Source: Eledone cirrhosa (taxonomy: Eukaryota). Taken from it: a DNA stretch of 64,000 nt. Every line of letters begins with the position of its first letter. The stretch's first letter is position 1. Below, in pieces: positions 25,692-36,813 of this stretch. The DNA lies in NCBI GenBank assembly GCA_964016885.1, contig OZ024744.1, positions 87,420,001-87,484,000 on the forward strand, read 5' to 3'. The notes under the pieces were generated by a model. The model ran no database searches and was not told the DNA's origin. It worked only from the letters and a program-made list of their open reading frames with translations. Both the position numbers and the translations under genes were made by a program.

Positions 25692-25727
25692 TCTTCTGGT
25701 GAAGGACTAGCATCTGAAACGTTAAGA
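25692..25727 (+). ncRNA. Minimal type I hammerhead (family B), mutated core
   Basis: tctt-CTGGTGA-aggactagcatct-GAAAC-GTT-aaga. Confidence 0.7.
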
Positions 25728-25828
25728 CTCTCTTCCTGCTATATCAAGCGTTAATCTAATATATCCCTTCCATATACTATACCGATTGTGTTGTTATTTC
25801 TGTTTACCTTTTACACACATACACACAA

Positions 25829-25859
<31 letters not shown>

Positions 25860-25862
<3 letters not shown>

Positions 25863-26391
25863 GTAAGTATGTATGTATACGTACATACATATATGTATAC
25901 AGACGTACAGTAGTATGTATATATATATACATACATGCAAACATATATATATGCACGTATCGGTTTAACGAACATTATTATAATGCTTGGTTTGTTTGTA
26001 AACAAACAAACAGCCCGAATTACGCCGTACAGTGTTTAGGCAACCGCGTCACCTTTTTGTTCAACAATGACACAGGAACGATATACTAGTTTCAAGCTTA
26101 TTAGCTAGCGTCAGCATCGTATACATTCCTGCCAGATGATTGAACGTCTGAAAGTATATACTTTCCTTATGCATATTAACGGCTGAGCAGCCTAATTTGC
26201 ATATCGAGTGAGTTTAGTCGGCCGGGCGCACCGAAAACGATAAATGAAATAGAATGAAACGAAATTTCAATTCTCACTCTTAGTACGGCAGTTACTTAAA
26301 TGTAAGTATGTATGTACGTAAACATACATACTTACATTTAAATAACTGCCTTACTAAGAGTGAGAAATGAAATTTCGTTTCATACTATTCC

Positions 26392-26394
<3 letters not shown>
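25860..26394 (-). mobile_element. Family A copy running into the adjacent unit and ending in a foldback (26241-26394)
   Basis: Colinear with 19562-20012. HHR at 26078-26120 (acgatg-CTGACGC-tagctaataagctt-GAAA-ctag-TA-tatcgt). Confidence 0.85.
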
Positions 26395-26461
<67 letters not shown>

Positions 26462-26589
26462 GGTTACGTGGGCCTCTGAAAATTCGTTGGATTTTCTAAT
26501 TGGATTTTTACCCCGAAACTGGATACCAACCCAGAGTACACCTGAACTTCCACCAGGAAATCTTTCGTATCATTGAACTTTTCTTTGCT

Positions 26590-26670
<81 letters not shown>

Positions 26671-26681
26671 TAACAGATTAA

Positions 26682-26732
26682 AGTTTAAGCAAAGAATCGC
26701 TGCTTTCACCCTTAACGGGATCTTCTGAAACT
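26682..26732 (-). ncRNA. Hammerhead-like motif with CAGAAGA core (family C)
   Basis: agttt-CAGAAGA-t-ccc-gttaa-ggg-t-GAAA-gcag-cgattct-ttgc-TT-aaact. Confidence 0.65.
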
Positions 26733-27920
26733 AACAAAGTCAATCTGTAAAGGCAGAAGTGGATATTTCAAAAACCGTTGCAACCGGAGGAAGACAGGAA
26801 GACGATACTTTGGTTCGTGGAAACGTTCGCTGGCTAAGAACGGGAAAAAACGAATATAATACGTCATTAATAGGAGCGGAGAAAAACAATTACGCGCAAA
26901 GACAGAACCACGTTTATGGTATAATAGAGGTCGTAGACTAATGTACTCTTAAGTGGTGCATAGAGACGTTCTCTGGCGATGAACGAAAAAACGAAGATAA
27001 TAAGTCATATGTGGAGCGTGGAGAACAATAGCACGCAAAGACAAAACCACGTAAATGGTATATCAGAAGTCGTAGACTAAATTCTAACTAGGAGACCGAA
27101 TGAATGTCCGCTACGGAGTTAAGAACAAAGTAAATAAATACAATACAGAAGTAATAGAAGTAAATAAATACATACACGCAAACAGAAACATACATGCACA
27201 AGCATACGCAAAATCTTACCATAGGTAAACAAAACCACGCACATATAAATATGTGTGTGTGTGTAAGCGTGTATACAAATAAATAAATAATTATATAAAC
27301 GTATATAAATAAATAAATACGTATATAACAAGCGCACACACATACCTACATGTAAATACACGAAAGTTCGGAGACGTAAGTCAACCAAAACATGAAGTAC
27401 ACATATACACACGCCCTACATACGTACGAACCTGCATACTCACACAGACGCAAAACTCCCGTATACACATAGCCGAACCATATGTACCAGAATATATAAA
27501 AAAATTATACGCCATAACAATCAAATATACGTACGAGAAGGTATACGTACCTTCACAAAACATACGGATAATATATATTTACCTATGCAAATAAGTAAAG
27601 GTATAAACAAAATATATACTTAGCTCCCACATCGAGACGTAAAATATCCACGTATAGATCGTACTATCCGTTAGGGTATAACGTGGGGCTGTAATACAGG
27701 AAAGTTTTGTGCAATTTATGTTTACAAGCCGAAATTGCCTCAGATTTTTTGTTTAAGATGTGGTCTGTGGCGTAGAGTATTTCCAGGGCCTCAGCGGCAC
27801 AGAGGTCACATGTTCTTAGCCAACGAACGTTTCCACGAACCAAAGTATCGTCTTCCTGTCTTCCTCCGGTTGCAACGTTTTTTGAAATATCCACTTCTGT
27901 GTTTACAGATTGACTTTGTT

Positions 27921-27971
27921 AGTTTCAGAAGATCCCGTTAAGGGTGAAAGCAGCGATTCTTTGCTTAAACT
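27921..27971 (+). ncRNA. Hammerhead-like motif with CAGAAGA core (family C)
   Basis: Identical to 26682-26732 in opposite orientation. Confidence 0.65.
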
Positions 27972-28064
27972 TTAATCTGTTATTTTAATAAATATTTGCT
28001 CTATATATTTATCCTTATCGAGCCCTCTTTGGATTTTAGTCTTCAAATTTATTATTATTATTAT

Positions 28065-28126
<62 letters not shown>

Positions 28127-28131
<5 letters not shown>

Positions 28132-28322
28132 AACGAGTAAGACCCCGACGGCTGAGCTCAAGCCGTTTCGACGGCTAATTCTGGACGGAATTAGCCGTCG
28201 AAACGGCTTGAGCTCAGCCGTCGGTGTCTTACTCGTTCCTATTACCCACTCTACTACCCTAAGTATTGAGTACTTTGGTGCGTTATGGTCCATCTGGTTC
28301 CTTACCACATTTCCTTCGTTAT
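28127..28322 (+). mobile_element. Family P foldback element
   Basis: Near-perfect 116-bp palindrome 28127-28242 plus a unique arm to 28322. (TA)n at both ends. Confidence 0.9.
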
Positions 28323-28802
28323 ATATATATATATATATATACGCATTTCATGTTCCTTTCAAATTATTTTCCCATTATGTGCCCTTTTGGGTGTATTACC
28401 TTACAGACAAGCAAGTAATCACAGAGTTTTAGTAAATATATAGATTGGATTAATTTCTGATCTTAAGGTAAGGATTGAAGGAGATTTAGCTGCTTTTTCC
28501 AACAAGGAGTGTGACTGCATGGAGTGTCCCTTCTAAATGGATGTCAGGATATATTTGTGCGTTTTAAGAATGAGTTTGATTTAACTCTGATGGGCATAAG
28601 AGTCTATATAGTTTGGATCATCGAATTACATTTTGAAGTACGTAACTAAACACAAAAATCACCATATATATCATATTTCACGAAAACATCTATTATGTCA
28701 TTAGATCTTACAGAGAGAGGATGGACTAGGGGATGAGCGTGAATAATAGGGTTTACATGACATTTGCTACCTTTAATATCTTCTGTTTTTAAGTATATTT
28801 CC

Positions 28803-28876
<74 letters not shown>

Positions 28877-28952
28877 TTTCTCTCTCTCTCTCTCTCTCCA
28901 TCTCTCTTATCTCCTCTCTCTATCTCTCTCTCTCTATATATATATCTATCTC

Positions 28953-28983
<31 letters not shown>

Positions 28984-29389
28984 CTCGTGATACATAATCA
29001 CATTCTTAATGTCAAATTCAAAGATGCGGATTCTCTCAATTTGCTGGAGACAGATACGATATACATAAGATTTGTTTGTTTCTGTTTTTTATACGTGTAC
29101 TACAATATTGTTTGCGTTGAAATGCAAAACAGTGTTGGTAGTATCAAGACTTTAAAGATATGGCTACTTCAATTGCCTAGAAATATTCAGAATGTTCCTT
29201 GCTTATCAAAATATTTCAAAATTCCTAGGTTGTATCCGAAATATAAAATGCCATCGCAAATAATTCTCACTACTTTTTACGTATACAAATTAGAATCAAT
29301 CATAATAATTTGTGCAATACAGATTTTTCACTATTTTTATATTTAGAATGATTAATTTATTCATATGATCTTGACTGTGTTAATTGGAC

Positions 29390-29760
29390 GACACGGTCAC
29401 TTCAGAAGCTCTCTACATTCCAGCACCACATCATGAGACTTATGACTAGCAAGCGGCTCAACGACCGTATCTGTATCAGAGAGTTGCTCAACATTACTAA
29501 ACTTAGATTAATTACATCAATTGTCAAGTCAAGAGTACTCAAACTATACGGCCATATAAAAAGATCAACTCGTCGTGTGAGTAGGTCATGCCTGGAAGGA
29601 AGGTTGGCTGGTAGGAGAAACAGAGGCCGGCAGCCAAAGCGATAGCTTAACAATGTCAGTTTATGGACTGGATATTTGCTCTTTGAATTCTGCTGCTGGT
29701 GATCGAACCTTGTGGAGAGAGATATTACATGTTGATACACCGTCTGCAACTGGCGGAGTT
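29390..29760 (+). mobile_element. RTE-group LINE 3' fragment
   Basis: VKSRVLKLYGHIKRS...CLEGRLAGRRNRGRQPKR, a typical RTE C-terminus. Confidence 0.7.
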
Positions 29761-29944
29761 TAGCTTCACAAGAAGATCTATATGGAAAAATATAGTAAAT
29801 CAATGGTCAATTGTAGTCATCACTGCTTGACATTTATCGAAGGTATTCTGCTGCTGCCGCTGTTTTTTTTTTTGTTGTGGTTGTTTGTTGTTATTCTCCA
29901 TTCCCTATTCTGTTCTCATTGAACCGATATTTGGTCAAATATAT

Positions 29945-30165
29945 TTTAAAGTACCAGTAATACACTGGAACAATTGCTGGCCTTGTGCTAAATGTAGAAA
30001 CAATTATTTGATGGTAGTTTGGCAGTATCGGTAAAGGATCAGACGCCCCCTTATAGTCTGAGTTCAAATCCCGCCGAGGTTTACTTTGCCTTTCATCCTT
30101 ACGGGGTCGAAAAAATAAAGCACCAGTAATGCACTGCCCAAAAGTAGAAACAATTATTTGATGGA
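29945..30165 (+). mobile_element. OR2-like SINE fragments (tandem)
   Basis: ctgagttcaaatcccgccgaggtttactttgcctttcatccttacggggtcga. Confidence 0.8.
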
Positions 30166-30335
30166 GACTTGGATTCTATTTCTTTGCAGGCTAGCAAGAA
30201 TTTAGAGACGACATTTATTGGCCTCCAGTGAACATCTATACTTTGATGGCATTCATATATTAAAAATAACCCAATTAAACTAAACTAGTTATCGAGTTGT
30301 TTAATGGTTCTTAAAGTATCGCGAAACTTTACATA

Positions 30336-30503
30336 CCATATTTCTCGGCGTCGAAGACTACTTTTTTTTCCTAAAATAAGTCTCAAAAATCTACCATGTG
30401 TCAAGAAGGCCGAAGGTTGTTTATTATTCTTTTTAAAATTTTTGGTTGTCAAAATTAGGGTGCGTCCTCGAGGACGAAGCGTCTTCGGCGCCGGGAAATA
30501 CGG
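30336..30503. mobile_element. pogo/Tigger-like MITE
   Basis: TIRs ccatatttctcggcgtcgaagac / gtcttcggcgccgggaaatacgg. TA on the left only. Confidence 0.65.
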
Positions 30504-30805
30504 AATCTTGGATATGATTCTGAACATGTTAAGCAATTCATTTACTATATCCATTCAATACTATGAATTGTACTTATTTTTTGCAAAATTTCTTTGTATT
30601 TGCAAAGAAATTTCCCAGGTTTGTAAAGACGAAATAACTATTCAGTTTTCCGTTAAGGCAAATGTAAATCTTACCACTGCTCATACCTTTATTTATATAT
30701 GTATGTATGAATGTATGTATTTATGTATGAATGTATGTATGTATGTATGTATGTATGTATGTATGTATGTATGTATGTATGTATGTATGTATGTATGTAT
30801 GTATG

Positions 30806-31386
30806 TTGGTCGGGTCGTTGGCGACTAAACTGGCAACTAAACTGGCGACTAAACTGGCAACCCCACCAAGGTTTCTTGGTGAGGAGGGTGACTTTGGACA
30901 TCCTGCAGGACTAAAAACAAAACCTGTCAAAGGGCAAAGGATCTCTTAAGAGTCAATGGCCATCCAAAATCACCGGGAGAGATGACCCCTTAGCCTTTGT
31001 CAAGGCAGAATTCTAGGAGAAGGAAAACTCTGATGTAACACCTGCAACCCTGATGGTATCCAATGATGTTGACTTGTTCTTCTTTTTGGTAAATATCATC
31101 TTGGTTACGAGAGTGGGACTGGCTTTGTGCAGTGCCTTTGCTCACTATAAAAGCGTCACGGCACAGGCATTGCTTTATATCTGGAGATCTCTCTGCACTT
31201 GTCGTCACAAGGTACCATGGGCCCAGCACTATGTGTTAATAATTGTCACAAGTGTAGTGTTTGTACCAGAGTTTTCAAGTCGCTGGCTGGACTAAAAAGT
31301 CACACTCGTTTAGCGCATCGGTAGGGGTTCTCCTACATGGATATAAAGTAGTGGCCGTACTCGAAAACGAGTTGGCAGCCACCATG
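30806..31386 (+). mobile_element. Family R element in (TATG)n
   Basis: Near-identical to 8982-9576. C2H2 finger remnant at 31253-31324. Three tandem ~14-bp gcgactaaactg-type repeats at the 5' end. Confidence 0.8.
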
Positions 31387-31526
31387 TATGTATGTATGTA
31401 TGAATGTATGTATTTATGTATGTATGTATGTATGAATGTATTTATGTATGTATGTATGTATGTATGTATGTATGTATGTATGTATGTATGTATGTATGTA
31501 TGTATGTATGTATGTATGTATGTATT

Positions 31527-31960
31527 GTGTCAGGTCGCTCTCAATTGCTACTGCTAACATATAACCCACTACAACCCGTCTCAGGGTGGGGTCGTCGACG
31601 ACTAAACCGGCAACTCCACCAAGCTTGGTGAGGAGGGTGATATTTGGACACCCTGCGGAATAAAATACAAGACCCGGCAAAAAAAAAAAAGAACTCAGCA
31701 GAGTCAACGGCCAAATAATACTTTTTTTTTCTCCCACCTGGGAGTGAAAGGCTCCAGGTTTTTGTCACAACACCTTTCCAGGAGAGGGAAACTCTGGATA
31801 TAAAACCTGCGGTTTCGGAAGCATCCGATGATGTTGACCAGTTCTCCTTTTCGGGTAGTGTTTTCGATGTTCAGAGAGTGGGATTAGTCGAATGCAAGGC
31901 CTTTCCCCACTTAAAAAACTTTAAAGCGAGGCATTGCTTGTTCAGGTTATGTTACAGGTT
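31527..31960 (+). mobile_element. Diverged family R relative (5' part)
   Basis: Shares gggtcgtcgacgactaaac, ttggtgaggagggtga and ggaaactc..ataaaacctg blocks. Confidence 0.65.
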
Positions 31961-32229
31961 CGTGTCACTGGCCGTAGCCTAAAAGTGTACCAAACTCTAT
32001 AATCTGACAAGCGATTGCAGTACTCTTTGCAGAGTTTGCAGAGAGAGTCTAACATAGATACAAACTCTCTCATTAGAATTTACACAACAGCAACTAGGTA
32101 CATATGTATGCATGTCTGCATGCATGCATGCATGTGTGTGCAGGTATGGATGTTATTGTAAGTGTGGATGTGGATGTTTTGAATTATATGTGTGTATGTG
32201 CATATGCTTTGTATCTGTACAAATATATA

Positions 32230-34770
32230 TGAAGTTATTCGATAAAGAATTTTTGAAATGATTTACATATGTTTACTATTCCATTAAAGCATTGTATTTG
32301 TAATTTTCTAACTAGTCGTGCTTCTAACATGTACGAGTGCTCCAATAATCAGAGGTATAAATCTGAAGGTATAGTCAGGGTGGAGTATATGTAGATTTCT
32401 CATTAGTTCTGCATAAATATTCTCCTTTTCGCCAATCATTAATACTATATTAGCATCTGCTGGGCAGCTAACTTCCACTACTGTGCATGCCTTCTTTTCC
32501 CATATCATTATATCTGGTCTGTTATGCCTGCATCTTATTGGGGTTTTTACTCGAACATTCCACTAGTACTCTTTCATACTATGTATATGTATGTCTTCCA
32601 CATTGTTGTAGCATTTAATATTGTTTATTGTCGGGGCTATCTTTTCTACGGATTGCATTGTACAGTGTTTTGGACACTACGTTATGCTTCATAGGTAGAT
32701 AGTACCGCGATGACATCTTTGGACAGTTGTTTATGTCATGGGTGACATCTTCGATGTTAATTCTGCAGAGTCCGCACTTGTTATCACATCTAGGTGTTAT
32801 GCCTGCATCCCTATCTCTTTTGTGAATCAGGTATTTCGTGTTGATTTCCTGTTCTTGGATTGCAAAAACGTATCCTTCAAAGTGGGAGCCAATATAGCGG
32901 TTGTTGGTCTAGGACTACTTTGCTTATCTATATTAGTCTCACTCTGTATCCTTCACATTTGAGCAGAAAGGACAAGGGCTTTAATGATAGGATACATAGT
33001 AACACAGAGAGACTGTCTCCTTGAAATATACCCCTGTGATATTTTATTTTATCAGTGGGGATAGAGTCTTCCTTCTCTGTTTTCAAATTTATCATAGTAG
33101 CCCAAGGAGAAGACAGCTTCTCTGTGACTCTGAGAATAATGTCTGGGACGTTAGCAAGTAGGACGGCCCCTATCATCTACGAGTGGGGAACAGAATCAAA
33201 AGCTTTCCTGTAGTCCAGCCAAACTGTAGCCATATTTCTCCTAAGTTGTCGCACCTCTGAAATCGCAGTTTTGTTGATTAGGAGTTGTTCAGGACACACC
33301 CAAACACCTTTCTTTCCAGGTGCTTGTTCATCTGTGATGATGTTATTATTTTCATGATGATATTGGAGGAATAGTTTCAGCAGGCTGTATAAATCTTATA
33401 CATCAGGTTCTGGCATGAAATGGGTCGGTAGCTTTTCGCCAAGTGGGTGTTTTTATTCTTGTGGACCAGTAATGTTTGAGCTAATGTCAGTCATTCTGGT
33501 ATATGTGTATCTCCCTTGAGAACTTGTTGGTAGAGGTCGGTGAGATATATCCTATAGAAAATCGGGTTTTGTACCAGTAGCCGACAATCATGTATCTTCC
33601 TGGTGTTTTCTTATCTTGGAGTTTACCTATCACAGTCTCAAGAGTATCCTCATTTATTTCGTATGTTTTTGTTGTAGTGTAGGAGCAATAGTTGTTTTGG
33701 ATTTCTTTTAGCCACACTGCATTTTGGTTGAAATTCTTTTCACACCATACTTTTCTCCAGAAAGAATCTATATCTTTCTGGGATGGGGCCTCAGTGACAT
33801 TTATTACTTTGCTCTTCATATCTCTATAGACTGATGTTTGGTTTCGTCTGAATTTTTTTATTAATTACTTTCCTTGCATCTACCCTCTTCCGGTATCGGT
33901 TTTCCTCGCTGACAGCTCTCAATTCTTGTTTGAGGGTGATCAGCTTATATTGAAGAGTTCTGGTTGTACTGTCATCAAACATCGTTTCTATTTTATTTTT
34001 CACTCTTTGTGGGTGAGGAGTGAAGTTGCTCTGTTTTTGTGTGCATGCAAGGAGCATTGTCACATATCCTATGGTGTTTCGTAGGTTAGCAATCTTTTTT
34101 TTATTTTAGTTATACATGATGGTATTTTTGGTTGTGTTCTGTTCTTGTTAATATCTCTGCTATCACCAAGATAATGCTTTACTGTCGTTGCTAGGGCATA
34201 TAAACAGGCGTTGAGTTACCAAACTGTGGGGTTTCAATCCGTCGCAAATATTAATGTTCTATTTCGTCAATAGCACGTAAGATTTTATTATTTGGTTTTA
34301 CTTTATTTAGTATTTATGTTTATTATGATCAGCAAGAGAAATGTTTATACATGAATTAATTTCTGTCTGGAAGATTTCGTTAGGGGAAAATTTCAATTGT
34401 TTATACTTTTGATTATTATTATCGATAGTATTTTACACAACAGTTGAGGCAGACACAAATGGTACACGTGCTGTCAAATTTCTAAAAGGCATAGTTGTTT
34501 CAGGGGCACTGTTTGACCTGACTGCTAGGAAGTCTAGTACCATGGAGACCTGATGCACGTTTGTTGATACCATGTTTGTTGTGGGAGACTTACAATTAAT
34601 AATATTCATCTTATGTTTACTTTCAACAAACGCCGCATGTTGGCGTAATTGTTTGGCTTTGAAGTGATTTATCTCTGGATGTATTTCATCACAGTTTAGC
34701 TTCATCCTGTTCATATAGCCAACGGAGGTGTGTTTTTTCCGCCATTTTATAACAATTAAATAAATCATTT
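32230..34770 (-). mobile_element. R4/Dong-like RLE LINE, decayed and internally deleted
   Basis: WLDYRKAFDSVPH, RGIFQGDSLS, CGLCR zinc-knuckle region, HNRPDIMIW, VVEVSCP...EKENIY...IPLIIGAL. Confidence 0.85.
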
Positions 34771-34810
34771 AGTTTTAGACTTAACATTTATTATTATTAC
34801 TATATATATA

Positions 34811-35005
34811 GGGCGGGGGATTGGCAGTATCAGTAGAAGGACGGACGCCATGCTTTCCAGCATAGAAATACGCCCCTTTACGGTCTGAGTTCACATTCCG
34901 CCAAAGTTAACTTTGCGTTTCATCCTTACGGGGTAGATAAAATAAAGTACCAGTAATGTACTGGGTAATTGTTGGCCTTGTGCCAAAAGTAAAAACAATT
35001 ATTAC
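34811..35005 (+). mobile_element. OR2-like SINE, near complete
   Basis: Colinear with 58157-58345. Confidence 0.85.
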
Positions 35006-35009
35006 TATA

Positions 35010-35388
<379 letters not shown>

Positions 35389-36416
35389 AAACGTTATAAA
35401 ACAATCTTAATATATAATGAACTACGACATTTAAGGGCTGCTAAAATGTCTTATATTGTCCTTTCAAATCTCTCTAAAAATACAGATCCTACGACGATAT
35501 TTATTTAGATCTGTAACTTTAGTCTCACATCAACCTTTCATTCACCGATAGATTATTAGTTGTTTTTAATATGTTTTTTTCATCAAATACCAAAGAAAGC
35601 ATTAACACAAACAAGGAAACAAAGGCATAACTATTCTTTGATTTCATTGCAAAATACTTCAAACAAATGCCAAAATATGATTCAGTTTATTCAGCAAATT
35701 TAATATCAGGCTAAATTCAGCGAGAAAATATGAATCGTTGCCATGTTAATCTCTCCGGAATTTTCTCAATCGTCAAGAATGGCAGCCTACCACAGTGAAT
35801 TTTTGTGTCTTTTCAAGTAGAATCGTCGAGTAGTTGTAATTTATTTTTCTTTTGCCTTTATTATAAAAACAAGTGCAAGCATACAAGTTGTCACATGACT
35901 TGTTTCGAGGTGCTGAATGAATGAATAATATTATAAATTTAATGCAGCAAAAGTTAACGGCACCTAAACGAGAGACGTGGCGCTCAATGCTAACAATGGA
36001 AACAGACAACTGGTTAAGAAAAGTACAAAAGAAAGCTAAACAAAAAAAACAAAACACACAGACAATAATTGCTAGAAAAAATAATAAAAAGAGAAGAGAA
36101 AAGACAAAGAAAAGAAAAGAAAAGCATTAGAAAGAAAAGAGAAAACAAAACAAGCAAAGAATGTAGACATGAAAGAAAAGTGTAAAACATAGAATGTCAC
36201 AATCTATTTCAGCTGAAGTATGAAGTGAATTATAATGAATTTTAATTTCAGCTAATTAGAATGTGTTTTCGTGTTAAGTCACCTGAGAAATAAAATAGTA
36301 TAAAAGGCATATGGCGAATATATACAAGAAATAAGAAAAATAAAAAAATCACGACTGGTTGAAATAACCACGCACAGAAACACACACATATACACACATA
36401 CACACACAAACATAAA

Positions 36417-36499
<83 letters not shown>

Positions 36500-36813
36500 A
36501 GAACAAATACAGAAACAGAGAGAAACACATTATGTGTTATATAAGTATAATGCATATAGGCAGTTAGAAAAGCTAAGAAAAAAATGCTTTGATGTGTCGG
36601 ACGCTGGAACTTCATCGAAAAGTATGCATAGAAAGGAGATGTGAGGAGTAAAGTAAAGACAAACAAATAAATGAAAACCAAGAAAAGGAAGATTAAAATC
36701 ACTCGTATAGAAATGAAGAATGACTTCAGAGTCGTGAGATAGTGAAGTAATGCCAAAAAAATATATATATATATAAAAATAATAAAATAACAATTATAAT
36801 AATAATAATAATG

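Larger units (their letters stand above)
25428..25812. mobile_element. Head-to-head foldback element with ~150-bp arms, one HHR per arm (family B)
   Basis: 25428-25581 is the reverse complement of ~25660-25812. Confidence 0.9.
26666..28065 (-). mobile_element. Naiad-type PLE 3' end (endonuclease C-terminus, 3' UTR, pLTR) with an inverted truncated pLTR
   Basis: Minus strand CDLCAAEALEIL...ILNKKSEAISACKHK at ~27715-27810. Inverted arms 26666-26841 and ~27812-27989. (TA)n flanks. Confidence 0.85.

Noticed and set aside
26461-26592. CTGAAAA...GAAAC-tgg..cca in a TA-flanked insert
   Set aside because: No valid UH site or stem I. Possibly an old relic, but not supportable.
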